The notes below the pieces were generated by a model. It did not search any database. It was not told where the DNA came from and was given only the letters and a program-made list of their open reading frames with translations. A stretch of 64,000 nucleotides of DNA from Eledone cirrhosa. Taxonomy: Eukaryota. Shown here one piece after another: positions 52,521 through 64,000 of this stretch. The DNA is taken from the NCBI GenBank assembly GCA_964016885.1, contig OZ024741.1, positions 81,902,001 through 81,966,000 on the forward strand, given 5' to 3'. The first letter of the stretch is position 1; each line of letters opens with the position of its first letter. Made by a program: the position numbers and the translations under genes.

Positions 52521-55329
52521 CATATATATATATGTCTAAAGGTATTTTTGAATTAAATTAATGTAAGCTTTCTAATTCAGCAAGCAGAAGATAGTTGTTC
52601 TTTTCTTCTATTAGCTTCTTTTAAAAGTTCGAAATGTCATGTGTTACAGTGATATACACAGTTTGTTATAATAAACATAGATTGCATATGTTTATTCTTA
52701 CATTTGTCGTATTAACTGTTGCCGTTGTCCTCACCACCATCATCGTTAACATCTTTAAATCACTCGACAGGTTGTTAGAACTGTTAGAGCATTGAACGGT
52801 TTTTTTCTGGCTCTGCATTCTGCAGTCAAATTTCACCCGTGCAAACTATGACATTCATCCCTTTCAGTCTCGATAATAAAGTACAAATTCTATGAGCGGC
52901 GAATTGGAGCAACAGTAAAATAGTCGAGCAGGGTGCTTTGCAATATCTGTTGCAGCTCTGTGCGTTATGATTTTAAATCTCAATTCTTAATGTCAGAAAA
53001 TCTGTGATGCTTTTACCAGGAGCTGAACCCGACAGATAATTCCAGCACAGCAAAATTTTAATACTATCAACACTGGATGGACAAATGAAAAGGTAGTTTC
53101 ATTTCTCTGATCGGACGGTTTGATGGTTTACTTTTTATTTTTCTTTGTATTCTCTGTCATCATTTTTTTCATCGTCGTCGTCGCGGTCGTCGTCAAAATC
53201 GACCTCCTCCTCATCATCATCATCATTGTCGTCATCGTCGTCGTCGTTGTCGTCGTCATCGTTATCATCATTATCATTATCATCATCATCATTATCTTTA
53301 ACAATATGATGATCCTTTTTTCCGCCATCTATTCCTTTCACTTTCATCAAGAAATGTACATGACTAAATAACATCATCCTATTCCTACATCTATTATTCA
53401 TCATCGTCAACTTTCCGCTGTTGCTGCTGCTCCTAGTCTGCCTCCTTTTCCATCTTCTTCATCCTTCTTCTATGTCTCCTGTTTAGAATTGCCATCATCA
53501 TCATCATCACCACCCTCATCGTTTTCGACATCATTTGCTCCATACCACCATCTCTCTAACAACCACAATTTTTCTCCATTAACCATGATATCACCCATCA
53601 CCACTGTAGTTTAAACACTCTTTTGCCATCGTCTCCAGCAACTCCATCAACACCAACAATAACTATATTAATAACAACACCACAGCTACAACAACAAAAC
53701 CATCGCTGTAGGCATCAAAAGTCATCTCTTGCTACACTATAATCTTCAAAGACAGATATTTGGTAAAAGAAAAATGATCAATACAATCTCTAGAAGTACT
53801 GCTAAGTAAAACGACTGCAACAAAGAAAAATATATAATTTCTTTTAAGTATTCTTGACTTCAAGTTTTTCTTTGTTAATTTAGGAACGCTAAAACCCCTG
53901 AGGTATATTCTTCCAGTTTTGCATCTGCCAGTATAATAAAAGGGATTTCTTCATAAGCAGCAGGAGAATATATTGAAAAATCATTTGAAAAAGAAGAAAA
54001 GAAACAAAAATATTTTATTGCTGTATTAACGCAGTTCTTTTGATTCGTCCTTTTGTCATTCCTTTGTAATTATCATCCTTCCAGGAGCCGATAAAGTAAA
54101 TACCAGTTAAGTACTTGTGTCGATATAAGTGACTTCCTCTCTACCGAAATTATTGGCATTGTTCCTAAATTACCATCCATTACTATTTGTGTAGTTTAGG
54201 TTAGGTCTGATCTGCGACAAAATAAAACTAATAATGATGTATAATTTAGGCACAAGACCAGCAATTCGTGGGGAGGGGAAAGTTGATTATATCGACCACA
54301 GTGCAAGTAATTAATGTTATCAAGTCCAGTAGAATAAACGGTAAAGCTGGATTTGAACTCAGAACGTAATAGAAGGTAAATTAAATGTGAAACAAAATGC
54401 TTTGCGTCATTTAGTTACGGCCATTTACGTTCAACTCCCACCACGGTCAATTTTACATTTCGTTCTCCCAGGGTCGATAAAAATAAAGTATTTGTAAAGT
54501 AGTGGGGTCAATACAATCGCTTTTCCTTTCCTAAAATAAAGTACGTACCAATCAAATACTGGTGTTGAATTAATTGAATTACCCTCTTCACCAAAGTGGT
54601 GAACTTGTAATGGAAGCCTATATTATGATATATTTTTGCCTTAAAACAATTACGAATCATGTACTGGAGCTGCATATAATCGATAAATCCCATCCACCTA
54701 AAATTTTATAATTATCATTATCTATTTCTTTGAGGGCGATGGATTAGTCGATTCATTTGAGTGACGGACAAAGTATTTTTTTTATTATTTTAAACACATG
54801 AAGGCCTTCTTTGCATTCCATCTTGTAGATCAAGAAATTAAAGTATCAATCAAGTACTGAGTTTGATTCAACACTTCTGATGCGAAACTGCTTGATTCCA
54901 TAACAAAGTTCAAATGAGTCTTCTAACTTAAATGTGTGCATATATAAATAAAAACACATTAATATGAGTTAAGATTAAGATGTTATCTTTAGGCAAGCGA
55001 GTGATTGGCACAGATTCGCTCGTTGGCTCATATTTTCTGTGAAGTGTATATTAGTTAATTACTAATTTCAATTATTAGCTGCAGATAATATATGTGAGCA
55101 AACATTCTATGTACACCTAGCAGAATAACTGCTGAGATAACATTTATGCTTCAATTTAGAAGCCATTAAGACACAATTTTACAACTAGTAGTTATCTCAG
55201 CTGATAATTCAGAGAAATAACACTTATCAAAACCAGCTTTCTTTGTTAGTATATATCACATAAGGGAAATACTTCTGCAAATTACCATAATCTTAGAAAG
55301 TGCTGAATAACTATTAATTCATTTATCAT

Positions 55330-56150
55330 GTCCAGAATCAATCAAAATTCCAATCAATGATCTATAAACAGAAAATAGAATTTTCAAGTATCAAAATTCC
55401 ATTCTGGTAAACTCATCCACACGCATGTTTATTTAAGCTGTTGTTGATATTCATCAGTGTCGCTTCATAACACACCAGCATAGCTCACGATACTGGAAAT
55501 AAGTAAGATAATCTGAAAGAACAGACTTAATACTGACAGAATGAGCCCTACCAGATGCAACTGTACGGTCACCAGTGACTTGTGACTTGTTGGCTGCTGT
55601 TGGACACTTTTATATAAATGTATCGTAATATATAACTCTGATGATAAAACGTATGACACATTGACAAAATCGCAAATTGCTTTATAATTAACATTTATAT
55701 TCTGTGTTCCAGAACAAAATATTATCACGGAACTATCAACACACATGTCGACGTAAAACAGCCAGTAATTATACCAACTTCAATGGAAGTGCCTAACCAG
55801 TAATATACTATTAACAAAAAGCTATGCGACCTGTACCGGGAAGTAGCCAATCTTATTTTTAACCACAGTGCATGTATATAAATATAACAGAATATGTCTC
55901 ATGCAGACTCAAAATATATAAGACATATATAAATTACAAACCTTATGTTGGACCCAAATGGATAGGGCCTGATCGGACTACCATAACAGCCAAGGGCGCT
56001 ATCATTTGGCGCTAGACCACAATATACATTAGCACCAATATGGCGTATGAATTTCTATACTATTACATGCCAACTCAGAGAATTTACAACACATACTTAC
56101 CGTACACAACATACGAAATCCTGCACCACAAACCCAGGACTATTGCTGCA
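55330..56150 (-). pseudogene. Decayed intronless multi-pass membrane protein, PRRT3/PRRT4-like 7TM domain candidate
   Basis: Consecutive hydrophobic blocks across frameshifts: YPFGSN; ALWLKIRLATSRYRSHSFLLIVYYWLGTSIEVGIITGCFTSTCVLIV; VGLILSVLSLFFQIILLISSIVSYAGVL; VYQNGILILENSIFCL. Family assignment is from recalled motifs only. Confidence 0.3.
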
Positions 56151-56604
56151 CAATATTTCAACGATATTCGGATATTTATAATCGTTCAAGTCTAATCAAA
56201 GCATAATATTTATAACATGTACCCAGATAATGTATCACCCATTTATCCAACTATCTTATGTTTATTTATATATTGGTCAATGTATTTCGATTTGAGCTTT
56301 TTCTTTATTGCATTTAAATATTTTTACAGCAAAATAAATAGATTTATAAATTTGAGGTCTTCCATTAATGTGTTTCGTTGTATTCATATGTTTTAGCAAT
56401 CAAATGGAATTCTTTGAATTATATATATATTCACTACATAATATCCATTAATTGTAGATGCATAAGAGAGTTTATCAACGATGAAGTGTACATAAATTAG
56501 CTGCGTTATAGAATAATATAATTATATATCATTGTGACATAATTATAACTTTTACAAGTACAGTACCTCTAAACATCTGTAGGAGAATGAATGTGTGAAT
56601 ATGC

Positions 56605-56751
<147 letters not shown>

Positions 56752-56874
56752 TATACCTGTAAATATGTATTTTACAGAAGTGTAATTAAATGAGACAAAA
56801 CAGAACTAGGCTTTATACCAGCCTGAAATCTTCTATAAAAAACGTTTCTTAGTAATATGTTATCGCTTTTTAAA

Positions 56875-57008
56875 TACCAGTACGTTACTGCTGCTTTATT
56901 TTATCGGCCCCGTAAGGATGAAATCAAATTTAAACTCGGCGGGATATGAACTCAGACCGTAACTCTATGCAGCAAAGCATGGTCTTCAACTCTACCGATA
57001 CTGCCATT
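56875..57008 (-). mobile_element. SINE family A directly downstream of the Tx1 copy 4 tail
   Basis: tttattttatcggccccgtaaggatgaaa...gaactcagaccgtaactc...ctctaccgatactgcca. Confidence 0.75.
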
Positions 57009-57021
57009 TCATAATAATAAT

Positions 57022-58249
57022 GGTTTCTTTATTGGCCACAAGGGCTAACATGTAGACGACACAGGACGATACAGAGTGCGTTTTGGTGGTGTAAAAAATG
57101 GTAATAACAAAAAAAAAAACCTACATAAGGAAATTAAGAAATTTAAACAACAAAAATTCGCCAATAGGGGGGAAACTTCTGTGGGCCACTCGTGGTGAAA
57201 ACCACACAAAAGACCACGGCCACCCTGACCATCAGGGCAAGAACCCTCTCTCAGTTCTCCCACTCCTCAGTCTATAGCTGCATACTCAGAGGGGGCCCGT
57301 TCATTCGGACCAGACTTGCCACTTTCACCCACCTTTCAACTAACTTATTAGAAGACAACACTTGCATCTCCACCCTGATTTTCCGCTTCAAGTGAAACTT
57401 GAAAAAAGTCAATCAGAGATTCTCCGGAGAGAAAAGTGCCCGTTTTCAATCCTTTCAACCTTGTCCACCACACAATCCTTTTGGCAGATGAATACTGCCT
57501 GCCTTTCCTCCTCCTTAAAGAAGGACATCGGGCCTATCTGCACAATGCACTCAGTCGATAACCGGATCTGTACTACACGCGACAGTAACTGTTCGACATA
57601 GTCACTCAAGTCAGCAATCCTGGGGCAGTGAACGAGTGCTTGCATGGTGGTTTCGTTGTCCTGCGCGCATCTCGGACAGACTCGGCTGACGGCACTTCCG
57701 TGCCTGTAGAGCTTATATCGAACAGGCAACGCGACCCCCCCCCCCCCCCGCCACCCATGGTAGCACTTTCAGGCCAGGGATTTCTGGAAGTTGTCCATAG
57801 GCCCCGGGCTTAACGTTTTCTCGAAGAGAGCAAACATATGGTCGTCTTCGACGCCCAGGATCTCCCCGAGAATGTGGTCTCTCTTCCCCTCCACTACTAC
57901 TCTATAGAATGCCAGAATGCCGAGGTGGATGTTCCACCGATACTAGTGCTCAGCTGCTAGAAGGCGGTGAGTGCTTGGAGACATTCCAGCTTCCAAGCGC
58001 TATCACTCGATCTTTTCTTGATTCAGGGCTACAGCTTCCTTAAGGAGACGAGCTGGGGAAAAACGCTTCTGGCAAACGGCGACCACACCTTTTCACCGCC
58101 AAGGAAGCACCAGTGTTGTCGCAGATTCAGTGCATGTTTGCCCATCACCAGCCACGGCATGCCCAGTCCTCCACTCAATGGGTGCTGACAGCGTATGGAT
58201 CGTCTGACCATGGGAGCACGTCCCTTCCACAAAAAAGTGGAAGAGGAGG
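57022..58249 (-). mobile_element. Tx1/L1-clade LINE, copy 4 (5'-truncated; copy 1 subfamily)
   Basis: Homologous to 20803-22030; intact 3' end gcccttgtggccAATAAAgaaacc-(ATT)n. Confidence 0.9.
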
Positions 58250-58620
58250 AGTGTAAACACCTAGCCCAGATTCACTATAAGGCTGAAGGCAGGATATGAT
58301 AGGAAAGGTGATTTACTGGCATTTATGCAAACTAAATAATTTACCACATTCTGAGAAGTGGTATGAGCGTAATCCACAGTCGGTGGTAGAAAACTATTAA
58401 GTGAAGTTACTATGGGATTTGAGGTTGCAGACAAACAGGAAATTAGAAGACAATAGGCTTGACCTGGTGGTTTTTGTAGAGGAAAACATATTGCCTGATT
58501 GTAAATGTAGCCTGCCCCTTTGACACAAGAGTACAAGAAAAGGAGACAAGAGTGCAAGAAAAGGAGAGGGAGAAAATTAACTCTTACCAGGATTTAAAGT
58601 GGGAATTAAAAAAGACAAGG
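58249..58620 (+). mobile_element. R4/Dong fragment (RLE region), diverged
   Basis: gagtgtaaacacctagcccaga...aatttaccacattctgagaagtggtatgagc...gagtgcaagaaaaggagagggagaa aligns with 27724-28070. Confidence 0.85.
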
Positions 58621-58869
58621 TGCCAACTAGAACCACCACAGAAATCAAGACTCATCAGAACTGTAAATATCCATATTGCTGTTAAGTCTGAAACAGACAA
58701 CTGAAAAGCAAATGAACGAACCATAGTGAAAAAAGAGAATTGAAAGGGGCATCAAAATGCTTAGGAGAGATATTAATATTTTGGAAAAGGGAAAAACAGG
58801 GTGATTTAAGAAAACGAGAAAGATTGAAAAAATTACAGGGAAGTAAGTATAATAGGAGAAAGAAGATTA

Positions 58870-59155
58870 CTCCAGTAACTGAAGCCGCAACCTGGTGCAG
58901 TCTGCGACTAACCCAGGTTCTGCTGCACGTCGGGCTGAGGATGCCAATCTCCTCAAATACCGGTCGCTCTCCGACAGGTTTGGGGTTGAGACTTCTGGTG
59001 TCCTCGGCCCTAGGGCTACTTCTCTACTCACCACTATAGACGCTGAGCTGGCTAGCCGCAGGTATGAACCCCGCGAGTTGGAGTGGCTTTTCCAGCGCGT
59101 TTCCCTTGCCGTCCTCCGTGGGAACGCCTTCTCCATCATGTCCGCCGGGGCTGTG
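58870..59155 (+). mobile_element. CRE-clade RLE C-terminal fragment
   Basis: PGSAARRAEDANLLKYRSLSDRFGVETSGVLGPRA...LFQRVSLAVLRGNA; homologous in motif to 11850-11970. Confidence 0.7.
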
Positions 59156-60994
59156 TGTATGGGGGGGGGGGGATCGGGTAACATTCCATATTTAGGTATC
59201 CTGTATTTATTTAATAAGGGTATGTATTTAATAACAGGAAAAGGAATACACATACATATGCCACAATTAGTATTTTGAAGAGATGTAAACAAAACTACTT
59301 GCCAAATCTACTAATACAAAGAAGCATAAACAACGAATCACGCAGTAATAACAAAATGTACGTTTCCAACAAAATCAGAAGAGATTCTATCAGTAGATAA
59401 ATGGCACGGTTAGGAATGATGATATAATCCCTGATACGAATAATTGATAAGGCGATCCTTAACGATTGTAAAAAGAGACGCAAAATGTCTTATAAATGCA
59501 AACTCATTCAGTATTTTCTGTTTCAAGTCCTTCACAGACTCTGTGTTCTCCAGCAAAAGTTTAGTCTTCAAATTCTGTGTCTATGCCTGGCTATTTTCAT
59601 CAGATGCATTAGAACTTCTCATTTCAACAAACCTAGTAGTGATTTGGTCAGATGGCAGCCTTTCGATTAAGACTTGTGCTTAGTTACTCTCTCCCCGAAA
59701 TTCTTCAATTCTTTCAAGTCTTATATTTGTTATAGATTATAAGTTGCTTTCGTGTTTTCCATATTTTGTAAGAGTTTGCAGTGTTTCTCTCTTGTAATGG
59801 CTTACCTAATTCATAGTAATAGGCATATATAACTTATTTATACTCTTCGTGGGTCTATTTTATTTTTTTACATAAATAAGAAAGATTTCGTTGAGCTAGA
59901 AGATATGATAATAAATGTATTCTATAGGGATGAACACATCAATATATATTGCGTACTCATTTAAACATGGTCACAATTGTTGGTAGGGCGAATGGTCGCG
60001 TGGTGGTTTGCACCATACTTTTCTTATTTCCTCAACTGTAAAATATAAACAGGGGCTTCTTTTTATCTGGAAAATGTATTCATAAGAAAATTGGTTCTAA
60101 CAAATCAGGATACTTGCAAACTTGCAAACCTTTCATTTGGAAGTCATTTGTGTGAAGTAATATCAGACATATGAGTTAAGAACATGTATGATTCAAGATT
60201 TACGAATGTGTTTTAAGAGACGGTTACTTTTGTGCGCTGCTTCCATATTTCTATTCAAAATCCTTAGTCATAAGAGCGAAGATTTTCATCAAGTCTGGAA
60301 TCAATTAATTCTGGAAGCTGATATTACTTCATGCGTTATAATCCTTATGCAAAGTTCTAAGCAAGGAGCTAATATTTCTTTCAAATAAGTGTCTAATTAC
60401 ATGATTTATTCTAATGGAAATGCCTAAAGATATCATTAGAAGTGTGTTGGTTTTGGTTGTATTGTGTATAATAAATAAGAGCCGAGGGACGGAAAAAAGA
60501 AAAAGAAAAACAGCAACAACAACAATAAATGTACTGTTGATGAAAAAGAGTACGAATTGACAATATCGTTATTAGAATATCGGATACAATGTGCTGCTTT
60601 ATTTACTTTGGTTCTTCAAATTCTAAGGTCAAATCATGCATCGTTCAAATTTGTCAATTTTCTATTGAGATCAATAAAGTGCCAGTCAAATGAATTATTT
60701 CTATTACCAACCCTTATCTGTTTCTCTCACTAGCTATCAAAATAAGTTATGTCGTACAGCTGGAAAGGACGTTGGAAAACCTCCCAACGCCACTTTTTAC
60801 ATCATCTTAAAAATCACCTATGTTACTGATAACGTCCAGAGGCGCACCAATGTGCAGTATATATAAAATTAAAAGAAAGGCGATGTACAAAGTATTTCCA
60901 TATGTGATATGCGATGTGGGCATATATCTCACATACATGTATGCGTATGTGTTTATGGGTCTATTGGTAAAACAGAGCGTTATTCTGACTTTAG

Positions 60995-61073
60995 AAATTT
61001 TCCCCATCAGACGGGTATGTGGCCCATGGATGAATTACTGTTTGGAAGTCTTTCCTAACGTCTAATATATGTA

Positions 61074-61109
<36 letters not shown>

Positions 61110-61585
61110 TGTATATATGTATGTATATAAGCATGTATGAATAAATGGCCTTTCCCCGCTTAAAATAAAAACTCCAAAGCACAGACATTGCTTCTTCAGG
61201 ATTTGTTACAGGTTTGTGTGGCTGGCTGTAGCTTAAAAGTTAACCGATTGGAATACTCTTGGCAGAATTTGAATAGAGTATGAACAGAGTTTGTATGTAT
61301 ATATATATATTTATATACATACATAGTCATTCATTCATGATGACTTCAAACTCTGCCAAGAGTATTCCAATCGCTTGTCAGATTACAGAAAATGGTGAAC
61401 TTTTAAGCTACGGCAATGCCTGTGCTTTGAAGTATTTTTAAAGTGGGGAAAGGCCATTCATTTATACATGCTTATATACATATATACATTCATATATATA
61501 TATGAATACATATATTAGACGTTAGGAAAGACTTTCAAACAGTAATTCATCCAAGGACCGAATAACGTCTGATGGGGAAAATTTA
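60995..61585. repeat. Large imperfect palindrome (about 290-bp arms) centred on a (TA) tract near 61305
   Basis: aaattttccccatcagacg...ggaatactcttggcaga pairs with tctgccaagagtattcc...cgtctgatggggaaaattt; the arms differ by reciprocal indels. Confidence 0.9.
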
Positions 61586-61843
61586 AATTTCATATAAATC
61601 GAAGGGAAAACATTTTCAGCGGAGGTTTGTGCCCGCCGATTAAAATGAAATTTACTTATCCAAGTATGTAGTTTCAGAATATATATGGTTATGGGGGTTT
61701 ATCTCCAAAGCCATAGGAGTTCGTGAAGAAAGAAAGAAAGAAACAAACAAACAAGCAGACAGGAACTACGACTTTATATATATAATATATATGTTATGAA
61801 ATACTGTTAGCTTCTCGCTAAAACAATTTCTATACCTTTCATT

Positions 61844-61897
<54 letters not shown>

Positions 61898-62039
61898 TAG
61901 CAGCAGGACCCGGCGTTGCACGGGGTAGGCAACGTGAAATAGCAACACACATATGCAAAGATTGAGAAATGTAGCTGTGTACGTTTTTGAATTCCCTTAT
62001 TCTTAGGGAATGATTGTTCATCTACTGGAAACGTAGAAC

Positions 62040-62330
62040 ACCAGCAGGCCGAATCCAGTCGTGGGTTGATTGCGGAAATCCTGTATCCTGTATGCGAAAG
62101 TCTGTGAGCGCTGCAGTATCTTTTAAATTGTGCTTGGGACTTACATGCTTTGTTGCATAATATCTGTTGGAATCCAGTCCTTCCATAATTCGGTATATCA
62201 GTCTGAACACCATTATGTACTTCTGAACGACTTGAATGTCCTGACTCATCCATGAGCTCTCTGCCACATGTACCTCATCTTAAATTGGCTGCAAGGAACT
62301 GGCCGTATTCAACTTGTAGCATGTATCTCT
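62040..62330 (-). mobile_element. CR1/L2-group LINE ORF2 C-terminal relic
   Basis: WMSQ....FRLIYRIMEGL and FPQSTHDWIRP resemble W.SL..RR...RL..FYKI..GL and FFPRTI.DWN.LP. Confidence 0.5.
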
Positions 62331-62397
62331 GCTTATATATGTGACTTGTAAAGTTAGGTTTTGAAATGCATATTGAGGCACATGCACTGCATACAAA

Positions 62398-62830
62398 CTA
62401 AAGTACAGAAGTCTCTACATGCTGGTCTTTCTTAGCTGCATGCTTAATGTTAACCCATTCTGAAGTAGATTCTTGAAAAAGGCATACACCACTGGATATA
62501 GCAATGCACCAATTGTTTCTATTTAATGCCATGACCTCCCAGCTAGCTGCGTACATTTTACACTGCGTTAAGGAATCTTCCACGCAATCTTTGAAACGCG
62601 GTTATGGTTTGTGTTGTGGTTTTGCACATGTATTAACTAAACGAAATGACTTGCTTTGGGATTCTGCTGTCGTCACATTTAACAACGTGGCCTACCCATC
62701 AGAGTCGGTACTTGTGGATGTAAGCTTCAATGCTGAGTGCTGCTGAATTTTCGGTACGGGAAGCTATTTCATCTTCTAGTATTGCTGATTAATTGTACTT
62801 CCGAGGTATGGAAACATATGGACTACTTTG
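62398..62830 (-). mobile_element. RTE (BovB-like) LINE C-terminal relic
   Basis: SIEAYIHKYRL*WVGHVVKCDDSRIPKQ...RFKDCVEDSL..CKM...SWEVMALNRNNW. Confidence 0.7.
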
Positions 62831-62851
62831 AGGTTTTATCCGTCAACGTTA

Positions 62852-62938
62852 GTTCTTCTTCTTCTTCTTCTTCTTCTTCTTCTTCTTCTTCTTCTTCTTC
62901 TTCTTCTTCTTCTTCTTCTTCTTCTTCTTCTTCTTCTT
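62852..62938. repeat. (TTC)n microsatellite between two RTE fragments
   Basis: Direct inspection. Confidence 0.95.
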
Positions 62939-62939
62939 G

Positions 62940-64000
62940 TAAGATCACACGTAAGGGTTGGCACGAATACCGAATTGAATATAGCATGTTTCGCCTTCTT
63001 CTGATTACCAAATCCTGAAGCTGGCGCATTATTGCACCAGTTTCTGAAATTCATGCACTTAATTCAGGCTTCTGCTTTCCATTACTCGCGAAAACAGCCG
63101 CGAGATACTTGAACGTCTTCATCTGATTCAGTGGAACTTCATTCATATGTAGAATGCACTGCATAGGCTTCATTGAGAGGATGAATGCCTCAGTTTACGC
63201 AGCCCTGATTTACATTTCCACCAACCTATCAGTACAAGTCGGAAATCACCTTCTGTCGAGTTCAGTAATCCCAAGTCCTCTGCAAATTTCGGCCGACTAA
63301 AATAATGAACAAGAGAGGTGACACGACACCCCCATAGTGGCGTCCGAATCCCAGCTTGAATGATTTCAATTTAGCACCATTAATCTGAACACAAATAGAC
63401 GGGCATTGGTATAGAGACATCAGGGCAACAGGAAGCTGACCAGAAATTTTCACAGCAGGTCCTATGGAATGTTACCATATGCTTTTTAGGGGTCTACAAT
63501 GCCAGAATACCCCTCTTAGCAGTACTCCTACAATTTCTTAAATACCTGCCGCAGTGTGAATATTTGGTTGGCTGTGCTGAGTCATTAGCTAGATTGGACT
63601 CGACAATATCCCTACATTTCTTAGCCAGACTAGTAGCATAGACTTTACCGGGGAGGCTAAAGAAAAAGATCCCTCTATAACTGGATAAATCTCTCTTCTC
63701 TCCTTTTTTGAAAATTGGGATCATCATTCCCGACTGCCACTGCTTAGGTGCCTTTCCAGAGATCCAGGCCACCCGACACACACGAGTCAGCCTGAGAATA
63801 ACTGATGACAAAGTAGCAAAATTAAAAGTTAGCAAACTGTTGTTGCTTTTTAACCACGGGTCATTTTTATCCAGTAAACATATGGACCGCTTATCTGTTT
63901 TTACTTTCTAGCATTTCTTATCCAGGGGTACATTCTTCAGTGTCTTTTCCACCAAAAAGAAATAGGACAGTTTTTGAAAGGAATTATGCAGTAGGCCGAA
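62940..64000 (-). mobile_element. RTE-clade (Rex3/Expander-like) RT fragment, decayed
   Basis: LTRVCRVAWISGKAPKQWQSGMMIPIFKKGEKRDLSSYRGI..SLPGKVYA; GVVSPLLFII; KAKHAIFNSVFVPTLT. Confidence 0.8.

Noticed and set aside
51464-53410. Poly-K/R/S/L and poly-D/M ORFs (also 33854, 34530 and 62737-63054)
   Set aside because: Trinucleotide microsatellites with no flanking coding signal or splice structure that I could support.
59160-60420. Coding-like minus-strand stretch (e.g. LKQKILNEFAFIRHFASLFTIVKDRL), faintly like an ion-channel or transporter segment
   Set aside because: Many stops and no motif series I can assign; needs a translated search.

Overview
AT-rich, microsatellite-dense eukaryotic DNA with no intact host gene that I can support. 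The SINE families and (TA)/(CA)/(TAA) content look like an octopus (cephalopod) genome; this is an inference. The window is dominated by retroelements: three near-full-length but disrupted Tx1/L1-clade LINEs (20803-26757 -, 28361-33956 -, 41328-47218 +) plus a 5'-truncated fourth copy (57022-58249 -); R4/Dong-type RLE elements (26781-28322 +, 58249-58620 +); CRE-like, RTE, CR1/L2-like and Penelope-like fragments; mariner relics; two tRNA-related SINE families; several fold-back palindromes; and two heavily decayed 7TM-like pseudogene candidates. Main observation: a (TAA)n-targeting retroelement community. Every intact Tx1 end abuts (TTA)n on its sense strand, the commonest SINE shares about 30 nt of 3' end and the same target polarity with that Tx1, and Dong occupies the same tracts in the opposite orientation. 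Second observation: a set of hammerhead-ribozyme-bearing, (TA)n-embedded Penelope-type ends, one of which is converted into a perfect 61-bp hairpin centred on ribozyme stem II.
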